From assembly GCA_011523505.1 (NCBI GenBank), contig WTGP01000019.1, positions 287,980-351,979 on the forward strand: a stretch of DNA of 64,000 bases, written 5' to 3'. The translations under genes and the position numbers were made by a program. Shown here piece after piece: positions 1 through 7,882 of the stretch (position 1 is its first letter; the number at the start of each line of letters is the position of its first letter). The notes beneath the pieces were generated by a model. That model did not search any database, was not told where the DNA came from, and worked only from the letters and a program-made list of their open reading frames with translations. The DNA is from Gammaproteobacteria bacterium. GTDB lineage: Bacteria > Pseudomonadota > Gammaproteobacteria > Steroidobacterales > Foliamicaceae.

Positions 1-1
1 G

Positions 2-142
2 ATGCGCCGATACCGGATTCTGGCGGTACCGGCCTTCGTCGTGAACGGCAAGTACGTCGTGCGCGTAACGCCGGACAGCGACATGCCCCAACTGCTGGAT
101 ATCGTCGACGAACTCGTAGCGCGCGAACTCTCCGAGCGCTGA
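2..142 (+). CDS. 3' end of a DsbA-family thiol:disulfide oxidoreductase (5'-truncated by window edge)
   Basis: Frame 2 reads RRYRILAVPAFVVNGKYVVRVTPDSDMPQLLDIVDELVARELSER*. The VPxFVVNGKY string is typical of the C-terminal region of DsbA-like proteins. Too short to appear in the ORF track. Confidence 0.45.
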   Translation: MRRYRILAVPAFVVNGKYVVRVTPDSDMPQLLDIVDELVARELSER

Positions 143-158
143 TCTCCCCGGGCGTCCG

Positions 159-1022
159 CTATTCGTAGCGGCGCAGAAGCTTGCGGGCCTGGGCCAGGTG
201 CGGCTGGTCCACCATCTTCCCGCGAATCGACATGACGCCTGTCTCGCCGGAGCTCTCGAACGCCTCGACGATCTCGCGCGCCTCGGCCAGTTGCTCGTCG
301 CTGGGCGTGAACACCTCGTTGAGGATCTCCACCTGCGCCGGGTGAATGGCCGCGCCGCCCACGTAGCCCATCTCCAGCGCCTCCTCCGTAAAACGCCGGA
401 AGCCGTCCAGGTTGCGGAAGTCGGCATAGACCGCCTCGATCGCATCCACCTCGGCCACGGTGGCCGCCGCCAGGGTCAGCGCGCGGGCGATTTCGTACAG
501 CGGTAACAGGCTTCCGTCTTCACGGCGGCGGCGCAGGGCGCCCACGTCGGTCCCCAGGTCCTCCGAGCCCCAGCTCAGCGCGGTCAGGCGAGGCAATCCG
601 GGGCGGTACTCGTGCAGCGACATCAGGCCGCGGGCGGTCTCGCCGGCCAGCGCCAGGATCTGCGCCGGCTCGCTGCGCTCCGGGTCCTCCAGCCGATCCA
701 TCAATTCCGCCACGGCAAAGACATCGGCTGTCGAACGCGGCTTGGGCAGCACAATGCCGTTGGCCGCGCCGACCATTGCCGCTTCAACGTCCTCCCGCCA
801 ATCGGGCGTATGCAGGCCGTTGATGCGCACCCACAAGGGGGCGCCGTCGCGCGCGGCCGAGCCTAGGTATTCGGCGATCATTTTTCGGGCCACCGGCTTG
901 CGGGCCGGACTCACCGAGTCCTCCACGTCGAGGATCAGGATGTCGGCGCCGGTCGAGGGGCCCTTGGCGAGCTTGCGCTCGCTGTCGCCCGGCACGAACA
1001 GCCAGGACCGACGCGCTTTCAT
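159..1022 (-). CDS. CitE/HpcH-HpaI family aldolase/lyase (citryl/malyl-CoA lyase-like)
   Basis: Internal Met of track ORF 159..1301. The sequence MKARRSWLFVPGDSERKLAKG...DILILDVEDSV is the canonical CitE N-terminus. The upstream 93 aa are Arg-rich shadow. The ATGA overlap with the moaE stop (1019-1022) supports this start. Confidence 0.8.
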   Translation of the reverse strand: MKARRSWLFVPGDSERKLAKGPSTGADILILDVEDSVSPARKPVARKMIAEYLGSAARDGAPLWVRINGLHTPDWREDVEAAMVGAANGIVLPKPRSTADVFAVAELMDRLEDPERSEPAQILALAGETARGLMSLHEYRPGLPRLTALSWGSEDLGTDVGALRRRREDGSLLPLYEIARALTLAAATVAEVDAIEAVYADFRNLDGFRRFTEEALEMGYVGGAAIHPAQVEILNEVFTPSDEQLAEAREIVEAFESSGETGVMSIRGKMVDQPHLAQARKLLRRYE

Positions 1023-1450
1023 GCGCCCTCCGCCGGCGCGGCGTTGATCCACTCGGCCGGACCTTCCGGGTAATGCTCGCGCTTCCATATCGGCACGCGC
1101 TTCTTCACTTCGTCGATGACGAAACGGGCGGCGGCAAAGGCTTCTTCGCGGTGTCCGGCGGCAACGCCGACCCAGACCGCCGGCTCGCCGATCGCCAGGT
1201 TGCCGGTGCGATGCACGCAGCGCACCTTGCCGACGCCGAATTTCTCCCTGGCCTCGCCGAGAACGCGTTCGCCTTCGCTGACGGCCAGCTCCTCGTAGCA
1301 CTCGTACTCAAGCCGGGTCACCGCGCGTCCCTCGTTATGGTTGCGCACGCGCCCGCAGAACGACACCACGGCGCCCGACGCCGCATCCTCGAGCGCCGCG
1401 ATCTCCTCCGCCGGCACGATTACGCCCCGGCTGATGCGGAAATCGCTCAT
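1019..1450 (-). CDS. moaE: molybdopterin synthase catalytic subunit MoaE
   Basis: MSDFRISRGVI...VSFCGRVRNHNEGRAV..LEYECYEE...KKRVPIWKREHY matches the MoaE pattern. The start overlaps the moaD stop (ATGA at 1447-1450). Confidence 0.9.
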   Translation of the reverse strand: MSDFRISRGVIVPAEEIAALEDAASGAVVSFCGRVRNHNEGRAVTRLEYECYEELAVSEGERVLGEAREKFGVGKVRCVHRTGNLAIGEPAVWVGVAAGHREEAFAAARFVIDEVKKRVPIWKREHYPEGPAEWINAAPAEGA

Positions 1451-1683
1451 CCGCCCGCCACCGGCGGAATGAATACGATGCGATCGCCGTCGGCAAGCGG
1501 ACAGTCCCATGCCTGGAACTCATCGTTGACCGCAACCCTGAGGCCGGTCTGCGCCGGAAGGTCGCGTCTCGGAGCCAGCTCGCGGTAGAGCTCCCGCGGA
1601 GTGGCCGCGCGCGTTTCCAGGGTTTCGTGCTCCCGTCCGGCGCGGTCGCGCAGCATGGCGAAATAGTCAACGCGAACGCGCAT
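1447..1683 (-). CDS. moaD: molybdopterin synthase sulfur-carrier subunit MoaD
   Basis: 78 aa with a ubiquitin-like fold pattern, ending in the diagnostic C-terminal Gly-Gly (..IVFIPPVAGG*). Sits immediately upstream of moaE. Confidence 0.85.
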   Translation of the reverse strand: MRVRVDYFAMLRDRAGREHETLETRAATPRELYRELAPRRDLPAQTGLRVAVNDEFQAWDCPLADGDRIVFIPPVAGG

Positions 1684-1736
1684 CGTTCGTGCGGATTGCC
1701 GGCAGAAAATTCATCGCGTAATGCTACATTAGCGGC

Positions 1737-2792
1737 ATGAATGAAGAAACGCCGATGGTGCGGGAGGACGGCACCTATCCCGTAGCCGATCTGGTCAAGG
1801 ACACGATCACCGTGTCGGTGGTGCAAACGAGGGTCCGGGGGGTCAACGGCGAGAATCCCGAACCTGATCTGAAAGCCAATCTCCAGTACATGCTGGAGTG
1901 CATGGACGCCGCACAGGGCTACGGCGGGCGCAGCGATCTGCTGCTGTTCCACGAGTTTCCGATCACAGGTTTCAGCCTGTGGACCCGCGAGCAGCATCAC
2001 CGGCTGGCCATCGAGGTGCCCGGGCCGGAGACCGAGGCGATCGCGGAAAAAGCCAGACAGTACGGCTGCTACGTGGCCTTCGGCACCTATGCGAAGGACG
2101 CGGACTGGCCGGGGCACATCCTGCACCTGATGCTGATGATCGGACCCGACGGCGAACTGGCCGCGCGCCACTGGAAGCAGCGCAACGTGCGCGGCATGTT
2201 CCCCGGCGGCGAGCAATACACGACCGCCGTCTACGACGTGCTGGACCGGTTCGTGGAAATGTACGGGCAGGACGCGGTTATACCCGTTGCCCGCACAGGC
2301 ATCGGCAACATCGCGCTTTCCGCGGTGCAGTTCGAGCCGGAACTGTTCCGCTGCATGGCCTTCAAGGGCGCGGAGATCATCTGCCGGGTGGCCACCGGCG
2401 GGTTCGAGTACGAGGACATGCGCCTGACCTCGTACCACAACAGCCTGTACACGCTGATCTGCAACAACTCCGTGTCCACGCACGACCGCAACCCGGGCTT
2501 CCTGGAGGACACGGCCTACGGCGGGCCCGGCCGGTCGGCCATATTCGGCCCGCGCGGTGTGGAACTGGCGAAAGCCGGGGCCTTCGAGACCCAGCGCTCG
2601 GCCACAATCCCGATCGCCGAATTCCGGCGCAAGCACCGGATCCCCGATCTGCACATGTCGCTCTACCGGCCGGTGCTGGACCAGTACCGCGAACGCTACG
2701 ATCCCAACGGTTACGCGGAATCGATCCCGCAAAGCCGCCTCGATGCCTACAAGCAGTTCGTGGAGCGGTCGCGCTGGACCCATTACTGGTAG
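1737..2792 (+). CDS. carbon-nitrogen hydrolase superfamily protein, aliphatic amidase/formamidase-like, with Ser at the nucleophile position
   Basis: DLLLFHEFPITG (Glu motif), ARHWKQRN (Lys motif) and IGNIALSAVQFEPELFRCMAFKGAEIICR aligning to the GxxICxDxxYPE block of AmiE/AmiF-type enzymes. The Cys position is occupied by Ser (tcc at 2319-2321). Confidence 0.75.
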   Translation: MNEETPMVREDGTYPVADLVKDTITVSVVQTRVRGVNGENPEPDLKANLQYMLECMDAAQGYGGRSDLLLFHEFPITGFSLWTREQHHRLAIEVPGPETEAIAEKARQYGCYVAFGTYAKDADWPGHILHLMLMIGPDGELAARHWKQRNVRGMFPGGEQYTTAVYDVLDRFVEMYGQDAVIPVARTGIGNIALSAVQFEPELFRCMAFKGAEIICRVATGGFEYEDMRLTSYHNSLYTLICNNSVSTHDRNPGFLEDTAYGGPGRSAIFGPRGVELAKAGAFETQRSATIPIAEFRRKHRIPDLHMSLYRPVLDQYRERYDPNGYAESIPQSRLDAYKQFVERSRWTHYW

Positions 2793-2806
2793 ACGGAGGC
2801 TGCGCC

Positions 2807-3688
2807 ATGATCAAACTGGGCCCTTACGAGATCCATCGTGTCGAGGAGCTGATCCTCCCGTACGCCGGCTATGCGGACCTCATCCCGGACATGCCCGCGG
2901 AACTGCTCGACGAGCATCGCGACGTGCTCACGGCGCACCAGCTGCAGGCGGAGACCGGCCGGATCGTGCTCAGCTTTCACAGCTGGCTGATCCGCACCCG
3001 CCATCACTGGATCCTGATCGACACCTGCATCGGCAACCACAAGATCTACGAACGCAAGGAGCTGGCGGCTTTCAGCCAGCTCGACACGGCGTACCTGACC
3101 CGGCTCCGTGGCGCCGGCGCGGCGCCGGAAGACATCGACTACGTGTTCTGCACCCACCTGCACTTCGACCACTGCGGGTGGAACACGTCGATGGTGGACG
3201 GCCGCTGGCAGCCCACCTTCCCGAACGCGCGCTACCTCTGCCACAAAAGGGAGCTGGAACACTGGTCCGATGCCCAGGGCGACGATTACGACATGGGCCC
3301 GAACAGCGGAGTGTTCGACGCGAACGTCCAGCCCCTGATCGATGCCGGGCTGCTGGAGGGCGTCGAGGACGGATACGAAATCGAGGACGGCGTTCGACTG
3401 CGCCTTGCCGCCGGCCATACGCCAGGCCACACGGTCCTGGAACTCGGCAAGGACGGATCGCAGGGGCTGTTTTCCGGCGACCTCATTCACGCCGTAATGC
3501 AGGTCTACGGGCCGCAGTACACGACCGTGTTCTGCAACAAGGGTGAAGAAGCGGCCGAAACCCGCCAACAAACGCTGGAACGCATTGCCGACCGATCGAC
3601 CCTACTGTTCCCCGCGCACTTCGGCCACCCGCACTACGGCCGGGTCGAGTCCACCGCCTCCGGCTTCAGGTTCGTTTTCGCCCCTTAG
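2807..3688 (+). CDS. MBL-fold metallo-hydrolase
   Basis: Internal ATG of track ORF 1898..3688, preceded by GACGGAGG. Contains THLHFDHCGW (HxHxDH), a later AAGHTPGH motif and a terminal FPAHFGHPH. Confidence 0.8.
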   Translation: MIKLGPYEIHRVEELILPYAGYADLIPDMPAELLDEHRDVLTAHQLQAETGRIVLSFHSWLIRTRHHWILIDTCIGNHKIYERKELAAFSQLDTAYLTRLRGAGAAPEDIDYVFCTHLHFDHCGWNTSMVDGRWQPTFPNARYLCHKRELEHWSDAQGDDYDMGPNSGVFDANVQPLIDAGLLEGVEDGYEIEDGVRLRLAAGHTPGHTVLELGKDGSQGLFSGDLIHAVMQVYGPQYTTVFCNKGEEAAETRQQTLERIADRSTLLFPAHFGHPHYGRVESTASGFRFVFAP

Positions 3689-3726
3689 CCCGGGCGCGGG
3701 CGCGTCCCGCCCTCCTCTTCAGCGCG

Positions 3727-4791
3727 CTAGTGCGCGTGCGTCGTATTCGGGCAGGTGCCGAACTGCATGGGACAGCGCCGCGGACCGATGTCCGACGTCA
3801 CGCCGTCCCGGCCGATCGCGCTTCGAACCAGGTCGCCCAGTCCCTGGATAAAGTCGCAATCCACCGCCACGGTGGGACACCGGGTGAAGAACGGAACGCC
3901 CGTCTCGGCGGCGACCTCGCGCAGCTCCATGTCGATTTCGACCAGCGTTTCGACGTGCTCGGAAACGAATGCGATGGGCACGACCACGACGGGAACGCCC
4001 GCCGCGCCGGCCCGGCGCACTTCGTCTTCGGTGGACGGACCGATCCATTGCACCGGACCGACCCGGCTCTGGTAGCAGGTCGCCCAGTCCAGCTCCGTGC
4101 GGTCCAGCGCCTCGACGATGGCCGCGGACGTCATCTCCACCTGCCATTGGTATGGATCCCCGGCGTTGATCGTGCGCTGCGGCAGGGCATGCGCCGATAG
4201 CAAAAGGCGCGGGGCGCCGTGGTGCGATGCCTCATCCAAAGCCTTCCGGATGTTGCCGACAGTCGCGCCCAGAAAGCCATGGTGAGCCGGATAGCAACAG
4301 ACGATGTCCTGCGGCGCAGTCAGCCCCTGTTTGCGGGCCGCTTCCCTGAAGGCCTTTACCGAAGTGCCGGTGGTCGTGGTCGAGAACTGCGGATACAGCG
4401 GCAACAGAACGATGCGATCCGGCCCGAAATCCTTGATCCTGCCCGCAATCTCGCGGACCAGCGGGTGCCAGTAGCGCATGAACACGAAGACTTCCACCTG
4501 CTCGGCGGAGTCGGCGATTTCCTTCTTCAGCGCCTCGGCCTGCTCCACCGTTGCCGGCAGGATCGCGGAGCCGCCGCCCACCTTGCTGTAGATCTCCTCG
4601 CTGGTGGCGGCGCGCCGGGCCGTGATCAGCCGCGCCGCAATCCAGCGGAAGGGATTGGGCATGCGCAGTATCGCGGGATCGCTGAACAGGTTAAGCAGGA
4701 ACGGGCGGATGGCTTCGGGCGTGTCCGGCCCGCCAAGATTGAAGATCACCACGGCAAGCTTGCGTGGCTTCGTGGATGCCGCATCGACCAA
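3727..4791 (-). CDS. hemH: ferrochelatase
   Basis: KLAVVIFNLGGPDTPEAIRPFLLNLFSDP..., LPLYPQFSTTTTGTS and IAFVSEHVETLVEID are classical HemH motifs. Apparent TTG start. The C-terminal tail has four Cys. Confidence 0.9.
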   Translation of the reverse strand: MVDAASTKPRKLAVVIFNLGGPDTPEAIRPFLLNLFSDPAILRMPNPFRWIAARLITARRAATSEEIYSKVGGGSAILPATVEQAEALKKEIADSAEQVEVFVFMRYWHPLVREIAGRIKDFGPDRIVLLPLYPQFSTTTTGTSVKAFREAARKQGLTAPQDIVCCYPAHHGFLGATVGNIRKALDEASHHGAPRLLLSAHALPQRTINAGDPYQWQVEMTSAAIVEALDRTELDWATCYQSRVGPVQWIGPSTEDEVRRAGAAGVPVVVVPIAFVSEHVETLVEIDMELREVAAETGVPFFTRCPTVAVDCDFIQGLGDLVRSAIGRDGVTSDIGPRRCPMQFGTCPNTTHAH

Positions 4792-4832
4792 GGCCGCTTC
4801 TCCCTGCCTGGTTTACTTTAGAACGCGGGCGC

Positions 4833-5645
4833 TCAGGAGCCCGCCAGAGCCTCGCGGATCTGCTCGGTGCCGATGCGCAGTTCGAGCATGCGCTGGAACT
4901 CCTCCTCGCCGAAGACTTTTTGGGGCAGAACGTTCATCGGATCGAGCCGGTAACCGAGCTCCCGCACCTTGAAATCGAAATCGCGCTGCGCGGCGCGTTC
5001 CTCTTCGAGCACCGGCTCGGCCTCGTCCAGCCAGCCGAACCAGCGGTCGAGGAATCCTTCCAGGTACTGCTCGCACAGATCGATATTGGCGTCCGTCAGT
5101 TCCGCCGTGTGGCTGATGCACACCGGCGACATCAACGCCCGCAGATAGGCGCCGTGGCTGACGTACTGGGTGAACGCCGGATTGCCCTGAAACTCGAGGT
5201 AGGCGGCGTTGGCCGGCTCGTAGTAGCGTTCCAGGTACTCGGGATTGACCCTCAGGTCCACGCGCGGCGTGTATTCGGCGTAGAAGAACAGCCGCGGAAT
5301 CGTCCCGAAAATCACCGCCAGGTGCGGCACGCGGTTCTGTTCGCCCAGGAACACGGTGGCGTTGATGTCCAGGATGCTCGCGTGGCGGTTGCCGATCCAG
5401 GAATGAACCAGCCACGGGACCTCGGGGCTGCTGTACGCCTGGAACGACCCCTCCATGGCGCCATCGGGCGAGGTGTAGTACTCCCTCCCTTCGCAACTCG
5501 GATGCAGTTCACACGGGAACCGCTCGCGCACTCGATCGACGATCCCGGTCTGGATCCCCCAGCATCGCTTCCAGGCGGCGGAAACGTCCACCTGCGGGTT
5601 TTCCGCAAGAAACTCCATGATCGTCTTGACTTCGGTCTTTGTCAT
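4833..5645 (-). CDS. red-chlorophyll-catabolite-reductase (RCCR)-like / ferredoxin-dependent bilin reductase superfamily protein
   Basis: Start taken at MTKTEVKTIMEF, with GGGAG upstream. HSWIG, DLRVNPEYLERYY and LDPMNVLPQKVFGEEEFQRM resemble, from memory, the RCCR/FDBR core and the C-terminal DP....FGEE motif. Not verified by HMM. Confidence 0.5.
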   Translation of the reverse strand: MTKTEVKTIMEFLAENPQVDVSAAWKRCWGIQTGIVDRVRERFPCELHPSCEGREYYTSPDGAMEGSFQAYSSPEVPWLVHSWIGNRHASILDINATVFLGEQNRVPHLAVIFGTIPRLFFYAEYTPRVDLRVNPEYLERYYEPANAAYLEFQGNPAFTQYVSHGAYLRALMSPVCISHTAELTDANIDLCEQYLEGFLDRWFGWLDEAEPVLEEERAAQRDFDFKVRELGYRLDPMNVLPQKVFGEEEFQRMLELRIGTEQIREALAGS

Positions 5646-5780
5646 AGGCCCCGCCACTCCCCGGCAACCACTCCCGGCGGTCGGCCGCATATTGCATCAA
5701 CGGTTCTTCGCAGACAACTTTTGCCGTTAACGCATGCGGCGGCAGCGCGTAAACTTCGCGCCGGGGAAACGGGGAGTTCG

Positions 5781-6221
5781 ATGCGCGCGACGAGGCGGAG
5801 CTTTATTGGCGGCGTGTGGGCGCTGCCGGTGCTGGGCATCGGCGGCTGGGCGGGAGCTTACGAGGCGCTGGAGCGGTTTCGGGCGCTGTCGGCGCGGCTG
5901 ACGGGATTCCCGGCGGCGTCGCTCGACCCGGCGCTGGCGGGCGAACTGCTCGACGCGCTGCGGGCCACGGGCGACGGCGCCGGCCTGGACGGTTTGCCTG
6001 ACGGAACGGCGGACGAAGTGCCTGGCGGCCTTGCCGCACAGATCATCGCGGGCTGGTATTCGGGTATCCATCCCACGGCGGACGGTCGGGCGGTTCGCGC
6101 TTTCCGCGAGGCGCTCGTGTGGCAGGCGCTGGAGTTCGCCCACGCGCCCGGTTATTGCAGCACGGAACCCAACGACTGGAGCCGCCCGCCGGCGGGCGCC
6201 GATCCGCATGCCACGCCGTGA
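5781..6221 (+). CDS. Tat-signal small subunit of a membrane-associated FAD sugar/polyol dehydrogenase (gluconate 2-dehydrogenase subunit 3 / FAD-SLDH small subunit-like)
   Basis: Internal ATG of track ORF 4764..6221 with GGGGAG upstream. Has a twin-arginine signal MRATRRSFIGGVWALPVLG. Located directly upstream of, and overlapping (GTGA), a GMC flavoprotein. Confidence 0.7.
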   Translation: MRATRRSFIGGVWALPVLGIGGWAGAYEALERFRALSARLTGFPAASLDPALAGELLDALRATGDGAGLDGLPDGTADEVPGGLAAQIIAGWYSGIHPTADGRAVRAFREALVWQALEFAHAPGYCSTEPNDWSRPPAGADPHATP

Positions 6222-7834
6222 GTGACATCACCGCCGACGCGGTCGTGGTGGGTTCCGGATTCGCCGGGGCGCTGCTGGCCGACCGGCTGGCCGACCGGGG
6301 CATCCGCACGGCCATCCTGGAAGCCGGCCCCCGCGTGAATCGGGCGCGCGCCTTTGAGACTTTTCTCGGCGCGGTCGTAAAGACGCCGGAAAGTCCTTAC
6401 GAACGCTCGCCGGAGGCCGATTTTCCCAAGAGCGAGGACCCCGATCACTGGTATCGCCAATCCGGACCGGACAAGTTCAAGAGCACCTATCTCAAGGCGG
6501 TGGGCGGCACCTCTTGGCATTGGCTCGGCACCTGCGTGCGCTTCCTGCCGAGCGATTTCCAACTGCGAAGCCGCTTCGGACGCGCCGTGGACTGGCCCAT
6601 TTGCTACGACGAAATCGAGCCGTTCTACGTTGCGGCCGAGCGCGAACTCGGCGTGGCGGGAGATTCGGCTGACGACCTGGGTTCGCCGCGCTCCGGCCCG
6701 TTCCCGATGCCGCCCATTCCGGCCAGCTGGCTGGACGGCGCGTGCGAGCGCGTGCTGGCCGACACGCCCTGGCGCGTGCGGCCCACGCCGCAGGCGCGCA
6801 ACTCCGAAGCACACCAGGGCCGCCCGGCGTGCTGCGGCAGCGCCAGCTGCATCCCGATCTGTCCGGTGGCCGCCAAGTACGACGCGACGGTTCACCTGCG
6901 CAGGGCCGAGGCGCAGGGCGCCGCGCTGCATGAGCAGACCACCGCCACCTTCGTGGAAACCGGCGATGACATGCGGGTGACGGCGATCCGCTTCACCCGC
7001 CCCGACGGCAGCAGCGGCGTGGCGCGCGGGCGGGTTTACGTGCTCGCGGCCAATGCCGTGGAAACCCCGCGGCTGCTGCTTCACTCCCGCTCGGAACGCA
7101 CGCCCGGCGGCGTGGCAAACGCCTCGGACCAGGTGGGCCGCAACCTGATGGATCATCCGATCCAGTTGAGCTGGGCGCTGGCGAAGGACCCGGTATGGCC
7201 CTATCGCGGTCCGCTCTCTACTTCGGCCATCGAAAACACCCGCGACGGGTCGTTCCGGCGCGAGCGGTCGGCGCTGCGAATCGAGATCGGCAACAACGGC
7301 TGGACCTGGCCCACGGGCGGCGCCCCTGAGCTTGCCGGGCAGTTCGCGCGCCGCGGTTTGCGGGGCAAGCCGCTGCGGGCGGCCGTCGCCGACCATGCAG
7401 CGCGCGAGGTGCGGCTGGCGGCGCTGACCGAACAGCTCCCCGAACCGGACAACCGCGTATTGCTCGACGAGCGCGAGCGCGATCCCTTCGGCGTTCCCCT
7501 GCCGCAAATGCACTATCGCGTGGGCGCCTATGCGCGCGCCGGCCTGGCCGAGGCTCAACGGATTCACGATCGGATTTTCGCCCGCCTGAACGCGTCCGAA
7601 ACGCACCACAGCGACACCTGGCAGGGCGCGGGCCATATCCTCGGCACTACGCGCATGGGCAACGACCCCCGGCGCTCGGTGGTGGATCGCGATCTGCGCT
7701 GCCACGACCACCCGAACCTTTTTCTGGTGGGCGGCGGAGCATTCCCCACCGGCTCCACCGCCAACCCCACGCTCACCATCGCGGCGCTGGCGCTGCGCGC
7801 CGCCGGCGCCGTAACGGCCACGCTTTCGGGATGA
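6218..7834 (+). CDS. GMC-family FAD-dependent oxidoreductase (dehydrogenase large subunit)
   Basis: GTG start overlapping the upstream stop. DAVVVGSGFAGALLADRLA is a GxGxxG FAD fold. C-terminal GTTRMGNDPRRSVVDRDLRCHDHPNLFLVGGGAFPT is the GMC signature region. Confidence 0.85.
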   Translation: MSDITADAVVVGSGFAGALLADRLADRGIRTAILEAGPRVNRARAFETFLGAVVKTPESPYERSPEADFPKSEDPDHWYRQSGPDKFKSTYLKAVGGTSWHWLGTCVRFLPSDFQLRSRFGRAVDWPICYDEIEPFYVAAERELGVAGDSADDLGSPRSGPFPMPPIPASWLDGACERVLADTPWRVRPTPQARNSEAHQGRPACCGSASCIPICPVAAKYDATVHLRRAEAQGAALHEQTTATFVETGDDMRVTAIRFTRPDGSSGVARGRVYVLAANAVETPRLLLHSRSERTPGGVANASDQVGRNLMDHPIQLSWALAKDPVWPYRGPLSTSAIENTRDGSFRRERSALRIEIGNNGWTWPTGGAPELAGQFARRGLRGKPLRAAVADHAAREVRLAALTEQLPEPDNRVLLDERERDPFGVPLPQMHYRVGAYARAGLAEAQRIHDRIFARLNASETHHSDTWQGAGHILGTTRMGNDPRRSVVDRDLRCHDHPNLFLVGGGAFPTGSTANPTLTIAALALRAAGAVTATLSG

Positions 7835-7882
7835 ATCAGCCTCGACCGTGCGCTGCGTAGCGAGCGAGCGGGCGGGGCGAGT

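Noticed and set aside
159-1301. N-terminal extensions of track ORFs. Examples: 159..1301, 1019..1510, 12037..13674, 28077..28931, 41010..42059, 49063..49668, 53881..55332
   Set aside because: In each case the family-typical N-terminus begins at an internal start. That start has an SD and/or a 1- or 4-nt overlap with the upstream gene, and the extra residues are Arg-rich shadow sequence.
1335-2783. 482-aa ORF on the minus strand
   Set aside because: It lies antisense to the well-supported CN-hydrolase gene. Its composition is Arg/Ala/Gly/Pro/His-rich and repetitive, with no recognisable motif. This is a typical GC-rich shadow ORF.
6152-7711. 519-aa ORF antisense to the GMC oxidoreductase
   Set aside because: Shadow ORF with no motifs. 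The plus-strand frame carries the GxGxxG and GMC signature motifs.
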